Positions 39,985 through 50,431 are shown, counted from the first letter of the stretch. The stretch is DNA of 57,144 nt from Deltaproteobacteria bacterium (GCA_016935335.1 JAFGRE010000031.1:1-57144), one strand, 5' to 3'. Notes: generated by a model not told the origin, from the letters alone. Program-made: numbers and translations.

Positions 39985-40794
39985 TTATTTTGCTGTTTTC
40001 CGGAGGCTCGCCTGAAGAAGGCGATTCGCAGTTGTCCTGGCAGAGGGTTGCGGTTCTAAAGGTGAGAGGCTAAGCTCGATGTTGATACCGGTACCGTTTT
40101 TTGAGAGAAGGTGCCATTCGGTGCGGACGAAATTTTTTTTCGACGATAAGGTGAAAATTTTGTCTGCCGCGTCCTTCGATGAAACACCGGGGGACTGAAA
40201 TTGGCGACTGATTTCCCAAAAGTATCGCCCCGAAAGCTCTTCCCGTTTATATCCCGTCAGAGCTTCGCAGGCTTGATTGACTCCTATGATTTGTTGGTTT
40301 TCCTTCATGATGATGACAGCATCAGGAGAAGTCTCAAAAACCATACGGTAATGTTCAAGGCTTGTGTTCAGTCTCCTTTCGGTTCGTACGCGTTCCGTGG
40401 TATCAAAGATGGCGACTACTGCATAGGATATAATTTCCTCCCCATCAAGAAGAGGCACCACAGTTCCTTGTCGGTGAAATACTCTCCCCTCGTAGTATTG
40501 CTCTTCCTCCCATTCAAGGATAACAACTTTACCAACGGTGAAGGCTCTGGTAATACCAGCCGAAATGATTTTGGGGTCCGGGAGGAAAAGGAGGTTCGAG
40601 ATGGGCTTGCTTACGATATCCGAGTGCCTACATTGATACATCCTTTCGCCAAGGGCATTGATGTACCGGACCCTTTCGTTTCTATCAACCACGACAATAA
40701 CAAAGGGAAGACGCTCCAGCAGGATCTTCATGTTTTCAAAGCCGAAATCAGTAAAGAAGGGCTCTTTGGTTGGGAGCGCGAGGTGTTGATTCAT
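39985..40794 (-). CDS. Stand-alone tandem PAS protein with no output domain
   Basis: Two PAS/PAC units (VIVVVD..RYIN..DTTER; SPDAVII..VNQACEALTGY). Confidence 0.8.
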   Translation of the reverse strand: MNQHLALPTKEPFFTDFGFENMKILLERLPFVIVVVDRNERVRYINALGERMYQCRHSDIVSKPISNLLFLPDPKIISAGITRAFTVGKVVILEWEEEQYYEGRVFHRQGTVVPLLDGEEIISYAVVAIFDTTERVRTERRLNTSLEHYRMVFETSPDAVIIMKENQQIIGVNQACEALTGYKREELSGRYFWEISRQFQSPGVSSKDAADKIFTLSSKKNFVRTEWHLLSKNGTGINIELSLSPLEPQPSARTTANRLLQASLRKTAK

Positions 40795-40870
40795 TTTTTT
40801 GTTTCTCCTTGAACTTCTTTGATGATAAGAACTGTGCGGACGTGCTATGAACGAAATCCCAGGCAGACCT

Positions 40871-41557
40871 TTAGGTTTTCCCGAACCGTAGTTTTGCTAA
40901 CTCTTCTACATGCTCGTATATATGCAACCCTTTGGAAGAAGCGATTATTTCCCCATCCTTAACCCCGATTTCGGCCGCCATATATTCCTTTAAAAGCTGA
41001 AGGCCGGCCAAGTTTGCCGGGAACCCTCCCCACAGATCCCATGAGCGGAAATAGGGAAAAAAGTGAAGGACGCCGTTACGAATTTTTGTATCAATGTGGC
41101 GCAAACACGGCGGATCGCCCAAGAGAAGGTCTGAAGGTTGACCGATCTGGAGGATAATCTGATTCGTTCCAAACCCCTCCTCCCGGTAGCGTTTGATGGC
41201 CTGTTCGATTTGACTGAAAAACCCGCCGTTTTTCGTATTCGCCCGGGTTAATCGTTCCCCATACGTATAGTCTTCACCCTCTGCCTTTTTACCCCCCATG
41301 ATATAGTCATTAAAATAATCGACAACATACTTTTCACTCACGGGTGGCGGTATATTAAGTTGTTCGGGGATTCGCGGCAGTCGCGGTTCTTCCCACGGAG
41401 CTTTGATTTTGATGACGACAAAGTCAAACTCCAATCGCTCACTTCCCGGGTAGCTCCCACTGTCGATCTTGTATTTTCGACCATGGTCGAAGAGATTAAA
41501 AACCGCTTGATGCCAAGCATCGTCCAGGGTTATCGCTTCTATAAACACCACGTTCAT
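40871..41557 (-). CDS. thyA: Thymidylate synthase, short archaeal-type ThyA family
   Basis: YTYGERL, DPPCL (catalytic Cys), YFRSWD, FPAN and LHIY; 228 aa. Confidence 0.85.
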   Translation of the reverse strand: MNVVFIEAITLDDAWHQAVFNLFDHGRKYKIDSGSYPGSERLEFDFVVIKIKAPWEEPRLPRIPEQLNIPPPVSEKYVVDYFNDYIMGGKKAEGEDYTYGERLTRANTKNGGFFSQIEQAIKRYREEGFGTNQIILQIGQPSDLLLGDPPCLRHIDTKIRNGVLHFFPYFRSWDLWGGFPANLAGLQLLKEYMAAEIGVKDGEIIASSKGLHIYEHVEELAKLRFGKT

Positions 41558-41584
41558 CGTGCTGTCTCCAGGGGCGTTTCAGTT

Positions 41585-42598
41585 TTATGGGACCGTCACT
41601 GGTGCCGCCCTTTTTTCGTGTCCCGATCGAGGGTGCGGTCCTAAATCCTCTAGGAGCTTTAAATCCTGATCTATACGGCGTCCTCCGGTAGTTAAGTAGC
41701 CACCAACAATCATTCCAGTAACTCCTGCCAGGAAAGCAGTGGCCTGAAAATCCCGCAGATTGGTTTCCCTTCCTCCCGCCAGCTTGATAGGGATATTCGG
41801 TACGATCAGCCGCGTAATGGCAATGAGCTTAATTATTTCCAGAGGGGAGGGCGGTAAGGTGGCTTCGAGGGGGGTTCCGGGGCGAGGATTAAGGATATTA
41901 ACGGGAATGCAATCAACTTCCAGGTCCCGCAACTGAAAAATCATTTCCAGCCACTGTTCAGGAGCCTCTCCTAAGCCGATAATACCTCCCGAGCAGATAC
42001 TCAGACCGCTTTCTTTCACGGCCTCTATTGTGGTCAGCTTATCTGAGTAGGAATGGGTAGTGCAGATTTTTTCAAAGAAGCTTCGGGATGTTTCCAAGTT
42101 ATGGTGGTAGCGGTCTGCCCCGGCCTTCTTCAAGACAGTTGCCTTTTCATGGGAGATCATTCCCAGCGAACAGTCCACTCCTAGGGCGGTTTGTTTGCGA
42201 ATCTGGCGCGCCGCCTCGATGACGGTTTGGAAATCTTTGGAATTCAACGCTCTCCCACTGGTAACGATACTGAATCTTTGGATCCTTTGCTCTTCAGCAT
42301 CATGCGCCGCTCGTACTATTTCATCAACGCTCACCATGGGGTAAGTTTCACATACTCCATGGTGGTGGGCGGATTGGACACAAAACCTGCAGTCTTCCGA
42401 ACAACGACCTGATTTAGCGTTAATAATTGTACAGAGATCTATCCCTTCTGAAACAAACTGGTGGCGTACCCGATTGGCGACAGCGATGAGATCGACAAGA
42501 TCGCTCATATCGACCTGGAGAAGCTTTTGTGCTTCCGGAAAACTTATTTTTTTGCCGCCGAGGACCTTCTCGCCGATACTCTGAACAAAAACATTCAT
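41585..42598 (-). CDS. bioB: Biotin synthase
   Basis: NAKSGRCSEDCRFCVQS, YHHNLETS, CSGGIIGLGE, AGGRE and YLTTGG. Confidence 0.93.
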   Translation of the reverse strand: MNVFVQSIGEKVLGGKKISFPEAQKLLQVDMSDLVDLIAVANRVRHQFVSEGIDLCTIINAKSGRCSEDCRFCVQSAHHHGVCETYPMVSVDEIVRAAHDAEEQRIQRFSIVTSGRALNSKDFQTVIEAARQIRKQTALGVDCSLGMISHEKATVLKKAGADRYHHNLETSRSFFEKICTTHSYSDKLTTIEAVKESGLSICSGGIIGLGEAPEQWLEMIFQLRDLEVDCIPVNILNPRPGTPLEATLPPSPLEIIKLIAITRLIVPNIPIKLAGGRETNLRDFQATAFLAGVTGMIVGGYLTTGGRRIDQDLKLLEDLGPHPRSGHEKRAAPVTVP

Positions 42599-42808
42599 GC
42601 CTTTTCCCCCCTGAAAGCCTCTCCGATTAGGAGATAAGCCGAGGATGTTGGCTTTCTCAGGGTAATAAAATGTGTCGATGACGTAATCATTGTTATTTTT
42701 ACCCTAACTGTCAATGCTTTTCAAGTCTTGATCACGCTTATTCCCCTTTTGAAAGGTGTGTCCTCCGAGGGAAAACCGTCACGATTGAAACATTTTTGCA
42801 TTTAACTA

Positions 42809-42836
42809 TTGACAAATAGAAAAACTATTCTACAAT
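42809..42836 (+). promoter_or_regulatory. Putative sigma70 promoter of the PxxKW gene
   Basis: TTGACA-N16-TACAAT, with an AATAG-N5-CTATT inverted repeat in the spacer. A divergent TTGACA for bioB lies at 42709-42714 on the minus strand. Confidence 0.6.
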
Positions 42837-42905
42837 ACCGCTTCTTGTCCTTACCTTCATTAACGAACAAAAACAAATACCTTACAAACAAAGGGGGTGA
42901 TTCCA

Positions 42906-43193
42906 ATGATTTGTCAAACCGTTAAACCAGGGGTCGAGTGCGTCTTCATGAAGAAAGCCGGATGCGGTTATAACGGAGGAAAATGTCATTCGGTGGTTGA
43001 TGAATGCACCGGATGCGATCGCATCGAAGAACTTCCTAGCGGGCAGTATTGCTCAGTTTATCCTGATCCACGCCTAAAATGGAAAAATGGAACCTGCAAC
43101 TTTGCTACCCACGTAAAAAAACAATCCGATACGCCTAAAGCGACACTCAATGCCTTGAAGGCATCCAAAAGAAAAGCAGCGGGGAGAATGTAA
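42906..43193 (+). CDS. PxxKW family cysteine-rich protein
   Basis: CQTVKPG.EC.FM...GC, C..C, PDPRLKW..G.CNFATH and KASKR tail. Confidence 0.85.
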   Translation: MICQTVKPGVECVFMKKAGCGYNGGKCHSVVDECTGCDRIEELPSGQYCSVYPDPRLKWKNGTCNFATHVKKQSDTPKATLNALKASKRKAAGRM

Positions 43194-43227
43194 TATGTAA
43201 TATTTATAGTTAGGGCATATGGCTTCG

Positions 43228-43278
43228 GTGAGCGGTTGATTCCTCCTCTCTCATCCCTCTTGTTCAGCCGCTCACTTT
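43228..43278 (+). terminator. Large-loop hairpin between convergent genes
   Basis: Stem GTGAGCGGTTGA/TCAGCCGCTCAC with a 24-nt CU-rich loop and a short T-run. Confidence 0.55.
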
Positions 43279-43320
43279 CCTCCGCATCTGATTTTCATAT
43301 CCCATGGATCTCCCACCCTT

Positions 43321-43803
43321 CTATCCCCTCAAGATCTCATGAATGGTTTGTCTCAAGGTCTCGTTGGTTGTGTTTGTTGCCATGATTTCGAGCTTTGCTT
43401 TGAAACCTTGGATTTCGGTCAGACTCTTGGTTTGATGAAGATCATTCAGTTTCAAGAGGACGTCTTTGACCACATCAGCTTTTCTGTAATCAAGGAAAAG
43501 AAAGAGCGTATTCCAGTCATCAGGCAGCCCGTACTCATCGATAAACTTCTTTGCAGACGCATTGAATTTCGAGCTACCGTGCAAATTGTGAATCTCGTTG
43601 AGAGCTTTCTTATATGCATCAGTACCCTTCTTGCCCTTCCATAATCGCTCCAATTCTTTTCGGTACTGTTTAGAAATCCACTCGGAGCGCTTGCTCTTCT
43701 TGGGATATGATTTTTCTTGAGACACATGGCGGCTCTGGTCTTTCATTTTGTCGCGTTCGCTCCAGGATGGCTTTTCCCTCTTTTCTTCATCGTAGGTATT
43801 CAT
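43321..43803 (-). CDS. Hypothetical protein (basic, helical)
   Basis: 160-aa ORF whose start overlaps the Mur ligase stop (ATGA); GGAGG RBS. Confidence 0.75.
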   Translation of the reverse strand: MNTYDEEKREKPSWSERDKMKDQSRHVSQEKSYPKKSKRSEWISKQYRKELERLWKGKKGTDAYKKALNEIHNLHGSSKFNASAKKFIDEYGLPDDWNTLFLFLDYRKADVVKDVLLKLNDLHQTKSLTEIQGFKAKLEIMATNTTNETLRQTIHEILRG

Positions 43804-45254
43804 ATGCCTTCCCTCCTTCCCGCGTTGGTTTTATCGCTCGGGCGGAATGGGATCCTCGATGGTTCCACCCCTCCTCTTGATGGGAGCGTTGTTTTGAGCG
43901 TTTCTGCAATGGCACGTGCTAACGTAGTTAATGTGTTGTCCCGTGCTCCCATAACCACAATGGCATCACCTGGTTTGGAGAAGTTGATTGCCCGACGAAC
44001 AACTTCCTTTCGGTCGTGCAGATGCTCAGTGCGGGGAACATTGATTTCTTTCTTCAAATCACCGGCACTAACAGAATTGTCGACCGTTCCCCCGCTATAG
44101 TAAATATCGAGGAGAATCAGGATATCCTTTGCCCGCAACCTGGTGTTAAAGGTCTCTATTAGCTCGTGCCTAAGAAACTTAGTGGGGCCGTAACCATGAG
44201 GTTGATAGATGATGATCAAACGGCCCCTTAACGGCCTCAGTGCCTCCACGGCGGCAGCGATCTTAGCAGGATTATGGGAGAAATCATCAAAAACCCGTAT
44301 TCCCCCCACTGAGTCTATCAACTCAAGGCGCCGCGCTATACCGGTAAACATGGCAAGAGAGTCCCGTATTTTTTCAAGAGGAATTTTCAGGGTCACTCCC
44401 AGGGCGATCGTTGCCAAGGCGTTGGAAATATTGTGCTCGCCCGGGACCTGAAGGGAGAAAAGGGTGTTGTTTATTCTGAAGGTTGATCCGCTTGCTTTTT
44501 GTTTTACCTCTTCTGCCTTCACTTGACAGTCTTTGTTTAAACCAAAGGAGACAATTTTTCGGGGTGGAATTTGGGTCATGAGCTTTCGTAGGTGCTGGCA
44601 ATCCGCATTGAGAATTGTCGTTTGTTTTGTGTTTTTCGCAAAGCGAAGGAAGGATCCTGTAAGTTCAGGAAGAGGCTTATGGTCTTTCGAAATATTTGCC
44701 ACAATGCTAATTTCGGGAAAGAAATCGACGATTGAATCATCGCTTTCATCAGTCTCCACCAGTATGTACGCAGAAGTTCCTACCTTGGCATTCCCCAAGC
44801 CTCCGCCCTTTTTATAATCAGGAATGATCGCCCCATTAAGGACGGTAGGATCCAGCCCAGCGTCGTCCATAACCTTGGCCGCCATGGCTGTGATAGTTGA
44901 TTTTCCGCTGGTTCCGGCAACTCCAATACCCCGAGCGGCATTGAATAGACGAGCAAGCAAACTGGAACGATACGTTACGGGCAAGGAAAGATTTCGCGCT
45001 TTTCTGAGGTCGGGGTTATTGTCTTCAATTGCTGCCGAGATGATTACCTCGTCAAGGGGAGGAATGACGCCACTCCCATCCTGAGGATGGAGCACGATGC
45101 CTTGCCTCTGCAGACTGTGGAACACTTCCTGATTTTCTTCCCGGTCATAAATGCGGTCCGAGCCGGATACGAAATTCTTTTGTGTCTTCAGGATCTGAGC
45201 AAGACCACTCATTCCGCTCCCCCCGATGCCCACAAAAAAATAATGGTTCACCAT
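43800..45254 (-). CDS. Mur ligase family protein (MurC/Mpl-like)
   Basis: FVGIGGSGMSGLA, GSD, AGTSGKST, ETDESD, DH, GIARR, DDFSHNP and YQPHGY. Confidence 0.88.
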   Translation of the reverse strand: MVNHYFFVGIGGSGMSGLAQILKTQKNFVSGSDRIYDREENQEVFHSLQRQGIVLHPQDGSGVIPPLDEVIISAAIEDNNPDLRKARNLSLPVTYRSSLLARLFNAARGIGVAGTSGKSTITAMAAKVMDDAGLDPTVLNGAIIPDYKKGGGLGNAKVGTSAYILVETDESDDSIVDFFPEISIVANISKDHKPLPELTGSFLRFAKNTKQTTILNADCQHLRKLMTQIPPRKIVSFGLNKDCQVKAEEVKQKASGSTFRINNTLFSLQVPGEHNISNALATIALGVTLKIPLEKIRDSLAMFTGIARRLELIDSVGGIRVFDDFSHNPAKIAAAVEALRPLRGRLIIIYQPHGYGPTKFLRHELIETFNTRLRAKDILILLDIYYSGGTVDNSVSAGDLKKEINVPRTEHLHDRKEVVRRAINFSKPGDAIVVMGARDNTLTTLARAIAETLKTTLPSRGGVEPSRIPFRPSDKTNAGRREGI

Positions 45255-45563
45255 CTGCCGTCGCCTTGCTATTTCGAGGACGCCCCCAATTTGTTTCTCT
45301 TTGGTTGTTACCAGGGGTCGATGTTAATAAGGATGGACGCGCTTCTTCCAATGATCTCCTTATGTGGCCATTATAGCTTAAATAGACTTTTGTCGATAGG
45401 TTATTCACTGTTCAGTGAATTTCAACAGATTAAAGGGGCTTAGAGCGAGGACTCAAGGTTCCCTACACCCGGCGGAGAAGGGGCTTGCAACAAACCGTCC
45501 ACCAGATTTTCTCCTGACTCAGAATTCTCCCGCTGTGACGGAACCATAACAAGATTGATTGCA

Positions 45564-46166
45564 TCAGAGGGAGATGGGGAAATGTGGATTGCTCGTGAGT
45601 ACCCTTTCCAGATCTTCGGGAGTGTTTACATTCACTAATGAATGTAAACCAGGGTCTATCCGCTGCAGTTCCTCTTTTTTTATTTCCCTGACTCTAACCC
45701 ATTTATAGGCCTTAATTATTTTGAGGTCATCTTGTTTCATCAGCCTTTCGATGGGTTTTATAAAGGTTCGGGAATAGACTGCGTGGAGTGGTTCCCAATG
45801 GTCCCCTGAACGGTAGACGACAATTTCGGCCATTTCAGAGTGGTCAAGGAAGTGCTGAATAACCTCTTTGTCAAGAAAGGGCATGTCACAGCTCACAAAA
45901 AACGCCTTTGGTGTCGAGGAAAAGAAAAGACCCGTATATATGCCCCCCAGGGAACCCTTTCCGGGGATGAGATCGGTTACGATTTTAACATCAAAATCAA
46001 GATAGTCTAAGGGGGAATTGGTAACGATAATGACATCCTCGAATATATTTTTAAAAAGAGAGACAGTTCGTTCAATGATTCGCTGCCCGTTAATTTCGAT
46101 AAATGCCTTGTTGCGGCCCATACGCCTGCTTGCTCCCCCTGAAAGGATGACCCCGGTCATATTCAT
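45564..46166 (-). CDS. mobA: Molybdenum cofactor guanylyltransferase
   Basis: ILSGGASRRMGRNKA, CDMPF, EPLHAVY and NVNTPED. Confidence 0.92.
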   Translation of the reverse strand: MNMTGVILSGGASRRMGRNKAFIEINGQRIIERTVSLFKNIFEDVIIVTNSPLDYLDFDVKIVTDLIPGKGSLGGIYTGLFFSSTPKAFFVSCDMPFLDKEVIQHFLDHSEMAEIVVYRSGDHWEPLHAVYSRTFIKPIERLMKQDDLKIIKAYKWVRVREIKKEELQRIDPGLHSLVNVNTPEDLERVLTSNPHFPISL

Positions 46167-46615
46167 TAGAATGCCTTTTTGCTGTCCACCAGCAAGGTAA
46201 CAGGACCATTGTTAACTAGACTTACTTTCATGAAAGAGCGAAACGCGCCGGTCCTTGCAATGATTCCCTTCTCTTTCGCCTGGTCAATAAATCGGGAGTA
46301 TAATTCCTTCGCTGTTTCAGGGTCTGCGGCAGCCTCAAAAGAGGGGCGCCGACCCTTTCGGCAGTCGCCGAAGAGAGTGAATTGGGACACAACCAACATT
46401 TCCCCCCCTACATCAACCAGAGAACGATTCATTTTTCCATGTTCGTCTTCAAAGATCCGAAGATGAAGGCACTTATCCACCAGATAATCGACATCATTGT
46501 AGTCATCTTCTCCGCCGACTCCCAGAAAGACAAGAAGTCCTTCACCGATTGTGCTAATGAGATTGGTGTCAACTTCGACTTTAGCTTGTGTTACCCTTTG
46601 AACAACAGCACGCAT
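46166..46615 (-). CDS. dtd: D-aminoacyl-tRNA deacylase
   Basis: [20 protein letters not shown] and NGPVT. Confidence 0.96.
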   Translation of the reverse strand: MRAVVQRVTQAKVEVDTNLISTIGEGLLVFLGVGGEDDYNDVDYLVDKCLHLRIFEDEHGKMNRSLVDVGGEMLVVSQFTLFGDCRKGRRPSFEAAADPETAKELYSRFIDQAKEKGIIARTGAFRSFMKVSLVNNGPVTLLVDSKKAF

Positions 46616-46635
46616 GGCAAGACGTATGAGATGAT

Positions 46636-47994
46636 TTAAAAATCAGCAGCTATCTTAACCGAACGGGGCTCATCCTGATCGAGCAGGACAATCATGTGGT
46701 GAGAGACCTCAAGAAATTTGTCTCGATACAAATCTTTGACCGGAGAGCCAGGTGGAAATTCTTCCGCAAGGGGGTTGATGAATCTGCCGTTTTTTTTCAT
46801 TCGATAGTCCAGGTGAGGACCTGTTGCCAGCCCAGTTGCCCCAACGTATCCAATAATGTCCTTTTGCCTGAGGCGGGTTCCTATTTTGATGCCTTTGGCA
46901 TAACGGGAAAGATGATTATACATAGTCTCATATCCATTCGGGTGGCGGACGGTCACCATGTTGCCGTTTCCGTTTTTCCATCCTTTCTTGATCACGACGC
47001 CGTCGGCTACGGCCCAGACGGGTGTTCCGGTGGGGGCGGCAAAGTCAATGCCTAAATGGGGCTGGTAGCGCTTCAAAACAGGATGAAATCTTCGATGAGA
47101 ATAACCGGAGCTTATCCGTGTAAATCGAAGGGGAGAGCGGAGGAAACTCCGCCGAAGAGATCTCCCTTCGGGAGTATAATAATCTTTTTGTCCTTCCGGA
47201 TCTTGAAAGAAGACTGCCCGATGAATTTTGCTGCGACTTCTATACTCGGCTGCTAAGATCTTGCTGTACTCTATAAATGTGTCGTCCTTGTAATAGGTCT
47301 CAAAAATTATCTTGAATTCGTCTCCCTTGCGAAGGTCATGGCGAAAATCGATATCCCATACAAAGATGTCGGCAAACATAATTGCTAATATATCGCTTTC
47401 TCCGGTACTGGTGATAGCATTAAAGAGAGAGCCGTCAATAACGCCGGAAATGACCGCAATTCGTTTATCGGGGACGATTTCGTGCTGTACGGCAACCAGT
47501 TCTTCTCCTTCTTGCCGCAACTCATAGGTGTTGAAAGGAGTTGTTTCGATACTAAGACTTACAAGATTGTCTTGCTCATCGGTTATAATCTCATAAGTTT
47601 CTCCGGGAGAAAGGTTTCGGCAGTTAAAGATCGGTTTGTATGCGTCTACGAATCGAGCGATAACCGGGGAAGGAAAACCATGTCGCAGTAATAAAGAATA
47701 AAACGACTCACCCGGCTGAATGAATCCCGTAACGGTGGAATGAGGAGGTCCCTCGCTTCCAAGACCAATCGAACCATCTTCAGGGCAACCGGTATTGTCA
47801 GGAAACTGATTATTGATGGTCAAGGTGCTGCACATGCTGGGCGACGGAGAAGCCAGGGGAAAGAAGTCGTTTCGCAGGAATGCCAGAAGAAAGAGAAGAA
47901 AGACGAGGACAAACAGAGAAAAGATAAAGCCGGTTCGAATGCGGGTTTTTCTTCTTGTCGTCATCCTTTCATTAAATCCCTGGTAAAAATGCAT
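46636..47994 (-). CDS. M23 peptidoglycan DD-endopeptidase (MepM-like)
   Basis: N-terminal TM, HLGID and TGPHLDY Zn motifs, RFHPVL. Confidence 0.9.
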   Translation of the reverse strand: MHFYQGFNERMTTRRKTRIRTGFIFSLFVLVFLLFLLAFLRNDFFPLASPSPSMCSTLTINNQFPDNTGCPEDGSIGLGSEGPPHSTVTGFIQPGESFYSLLLRHGFPSPVIARFVDAYKPIFNCRNLSPGETYEIITDEQDNLVSLSIETTPFNTYELRQEGEELVAVQHEIVPDKRIAVISGVIDGSLFNAITSTGESDILAIMFADIFVWDIDFRHDLRKGDEFKIIFETYYKDDTFIEYSKILAAEYRSRSKIHRAVFFQDPEGQKDYYTPEGRSLRRSFLRSPLRFTRISSGYSHRRFHPVLKRYQPHLGIDFAAPTGTPVWAVADGVVIKKGWKNGNGNMVTVRHPNGYETMYNHLSRYAKGIKIGTRLRQKDIIGYVGATGLATGPHLDYRMKKNGRFINPLAEEFPPGSPVKDLYRDKFLEVSHHMIVLLDQDEPRSVKIAADF

Positions 47995-48334
47995 GCTTCA
48001 GTAAAATCGTGACTTGCAGTGGTTACGGGCAAGGGTGATATCAACAAACCTGATTCACCGATATTCGGAATGATCCGATTATCTAAATTTTTTTATAATT
48101 GCACAGAATATATTGATTTTCAAGAGGGAAAGATGAACCGGAAAAACTGATGCTGAGGAAAACCATTTTTCATAAGCGGTGATTAGTCTATCATGGGGAA
48201 AAAGAAAGTTCGCTCAATTCTCCAAGATGCGGTATGATTAATTTTTCTCCTCACTAACCCGTTTTAGCCCAAGGATGGTAGCGGAACGAATCGTGATGAC
48301 CGTTTCCAAGAGAAACAGGGGATAGGAAAGAAAT

Positions 48335-49687
48335 ATGTTGTTGGAAGTAAAGAGCCTAATACTTCTCCGCCAAGCTCTCGGGCGACTGGAGGAGGGTTTT
48401 AAGCACTTACCGGGGTGGACGGTTGATATCGATCTTAACGATATGCGGACCGTTCTCTCAGAGGTCGCAGAGCGCATGCAGGATAATTTCCCTTATCAAC
48501 ATCCGTTTTACGCCGGGCAAATGCTGAAACCCCCTCATCCGATAGCCCGCCTTGCTTATATGCTCTCGCTCTGGATCAACCCGAACAACCATGCCTTGGA
48601 TGGAGGGAGGGCAAGTTCCGCGATGGAAAAGGAAGCGGTTGGGGAGATCGCAAAGATGTTTGGGTGGGAAACACACGTTGGTCATCTGTGCGGGGGGGGC
48701 ACAATGGCAAACTTGGAAGCGCTTTGGATATCAAGGTGCCGTCGGCCGGGAAGCAAGATTGTTGCCTCTACGCAGGCTCACTATACTCATCAACGGCTTT
48801 GTGATGTTCTGAACATCTTTTTTGAGGCGATTCCCTGTGATCGGCATGCACGGATGGATCTTAACGCACTCGAAGCCATGCTCAAAGAGGATGAAGTCGG
48901 TACCGTTGTTGCCACTATCGGAACAACAGCGACTGGTTCGGTTGATCCTCTGGCAGAGATTTGTGCTCTGCAAAGAGAATATGGATTCCGCATTCATGTT
49001 GACGCAGCCTACGGGGGATATTTTACCCTTGCCGATAGTCTCGGCGTTGATACGCGGAGACATTTTGATTGCCTCGCAGAGGTCGATTCTATCGCCATTG
49101 ATCCCCATAAACACGGACTTCAACCGTATGGATGTGGTTGTATAATTTTCAAGGACCCCTCTGTGGGAATGTTCTATAAGCACAGCTCACCTTACACCTA
49201 CTTTACTTCCGACGAACTCCACCTCGGGGAGATAAGCCTGGAGTGTTCAAGGGCGGGGGCCTCTGCCGTTGCGCTTTGGGCTACTCAAAAGCTTCTTCCT
49301 TTGGTTAAAAAAGGTACGTTTGCCGGTTATCTTGATTGCTGTCGGCAGGCAGCGCTAAGGTTTTTTAGGAACATAGAGGCCGACCCTCGTTTTCTGCCTG
49401 CTTTTTCCCCGGAACTTGACATCATTTGCTGGGCCCCCCGCGCAAACCGTGCCAGCCGAATATCTGAACTGTCCACACAGGTATTTGAGAAGGCGGCATC
49501 CGAGAATCTCCATCTGGCGCTGGTTACCTTTTCGGAGGAGATCCTCGCTCAATCCTGGCAGGATATCACCTGGGATCAAGATCATGTTACCTGCTTGCGT
49601 TCGTGCTTGATGAAACCGGAGCATCTCGACTGGATTGATCGGATCTGGGGTGTAGTGGATGATGTGGCGAAAAAGATTAATTGGTAG
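48335..49687 (+). CDS. Group II PLP-dependent decarboxylase
   Basis: GGTMANLEA, AHY, GTT.TGSVD, HVDAAYGG and DPHK. Confidence 0.88.
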   Translation: MLLEVKSLILLRQALGRLEEGFKHLPGWTVDIDLNDMRTVLSEVAERMQDNFPYQHPFYAGQMLKPPHPIARLAYMLSLWINPNNHALDGGRASSAMEKEAVGEIAKMFGWETHVGHLCGGGTMANLEALWISRCRRPGSKIVASTQAHYTHQRLCDVLNIFFEAIPCDRHARMDLNALEAMLKEDEVGTVVATIGTTATGSVDPLAEICALQREYGFRIHVDAAYGGYFTLADSLGVDTRRHFDCLAEVDSIAIDPHKHGLQPYGCGCIIFKDPSVGMFYKHSSPYTYFTSDELHLGEISLECSRAGASAVALWATQKLLPLVKKGTFAGYLDCCRQAALRFFRNIEADPRFLPAFSPELDIICWAPRANRASRISELSTQVFEKAASENLHLALVTFSEEILAQSWQDITWDQDHVTCLRSCLMKPEHLDWIDRIWGVVDDVAKKINW

Positions 49688-49782
49688 GGGACGGAAGCGA
49701 ACAGATGGCGTAATGTTTGCCCAGGGAATAAAATTATCTCCCGGGGATCCACATTAGCAATTGTTACAGAGGGAGAAGAAGA

Positions 49783-50364
49783 ATGGAATTTGCAGACGTG
49801 GTTAAAAAAAGAAGAAGTTGTCGGTCCTTTGAAACCACCGCCGTTTCTCCTGACCAGCTGAACGCGATCTTAGACGCAGGACGGTGGGCACCGAATCCAT
49901 TAAACCTTCAGCCATGGGAATTCATTATAATTACCCAATCCGGGATTAAATCTCAAGTCCGAGGGGTTGCCGAAGAAGCTCTCCACGAAGCGGTTGGCAA
50001 GGGGGGGCCGAAGTGGGTGGCACACTATAACCTGGACTTCCTGGAGGAAGCTCCCGTGTTGGTAGTGGTCATCGGCGATCGTGCCAAAGGGGGGTTGGGA
50101 AGTCTGTTTGGTCAAGAATATGGCGCGCTTCAAGCTGCATCTGCCTGCATAGAAAATATGCTATTGGCAGCTACTGAGGCAGGATTGGCATCGCTGTGGT
50201 TCACCTTTTTTAGGCCCGAAAGGCTTGGGAAGGTCTTGAACGTACCCGATCATTTGGAAATTGTCGGGGTAATTCCGATCGGGAAGCCGAAGGGATTGAC
50301 AAAAGCGCCGCCACGCAACGAACTGAAGATTCATAGGGAACGGTACGGCAAGCCTTCTTGCTAA
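49783..50364 (+). CDS. Nitroreductase family protein
   Basis: RRSCRSF, AP..NLQPWEF and IENMLLAATEAGLAS.W. Confidence 0.9.
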   Translation: MEFADVVKKRRSCRSFETTAVSPDQLNAILDAGRWAPNPLNLQPWEFIIITQSGIKSQVRGVAEEALHEAVGKGGPKWVAHYNLDFLEEAPVLVVVIGDRAKGGLGSLFGQEYGALQAASACIENMLLAATEAGLASLWFTFFRPERLGKVLNVPDHLEIVGVIPIGKPKGLTKAPPRNELKIHRERYGKPSC

Positions 50365-50404
50365 GACGCTTCAGAGGCAACGGCATGAAATTTTTTACAA
50401 ATAT

Positions 50405-50427
50405 GCTCTGGTCCTACACTCCAGAGC
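50405..50427. terminator. Hairpin between convergent genes
   Basis: GCTCTGG-N9-CCAGAGC. Confidence 0.4.
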
Positions 50428-50431
50428 CAAC

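Noticed and set aside
42599-42830. BirA operator upstream of bioB
   Set aside because: TGTCAA and TTGACA are about 100 bp apart and fit divergent -35 boxes better than a compact operator.
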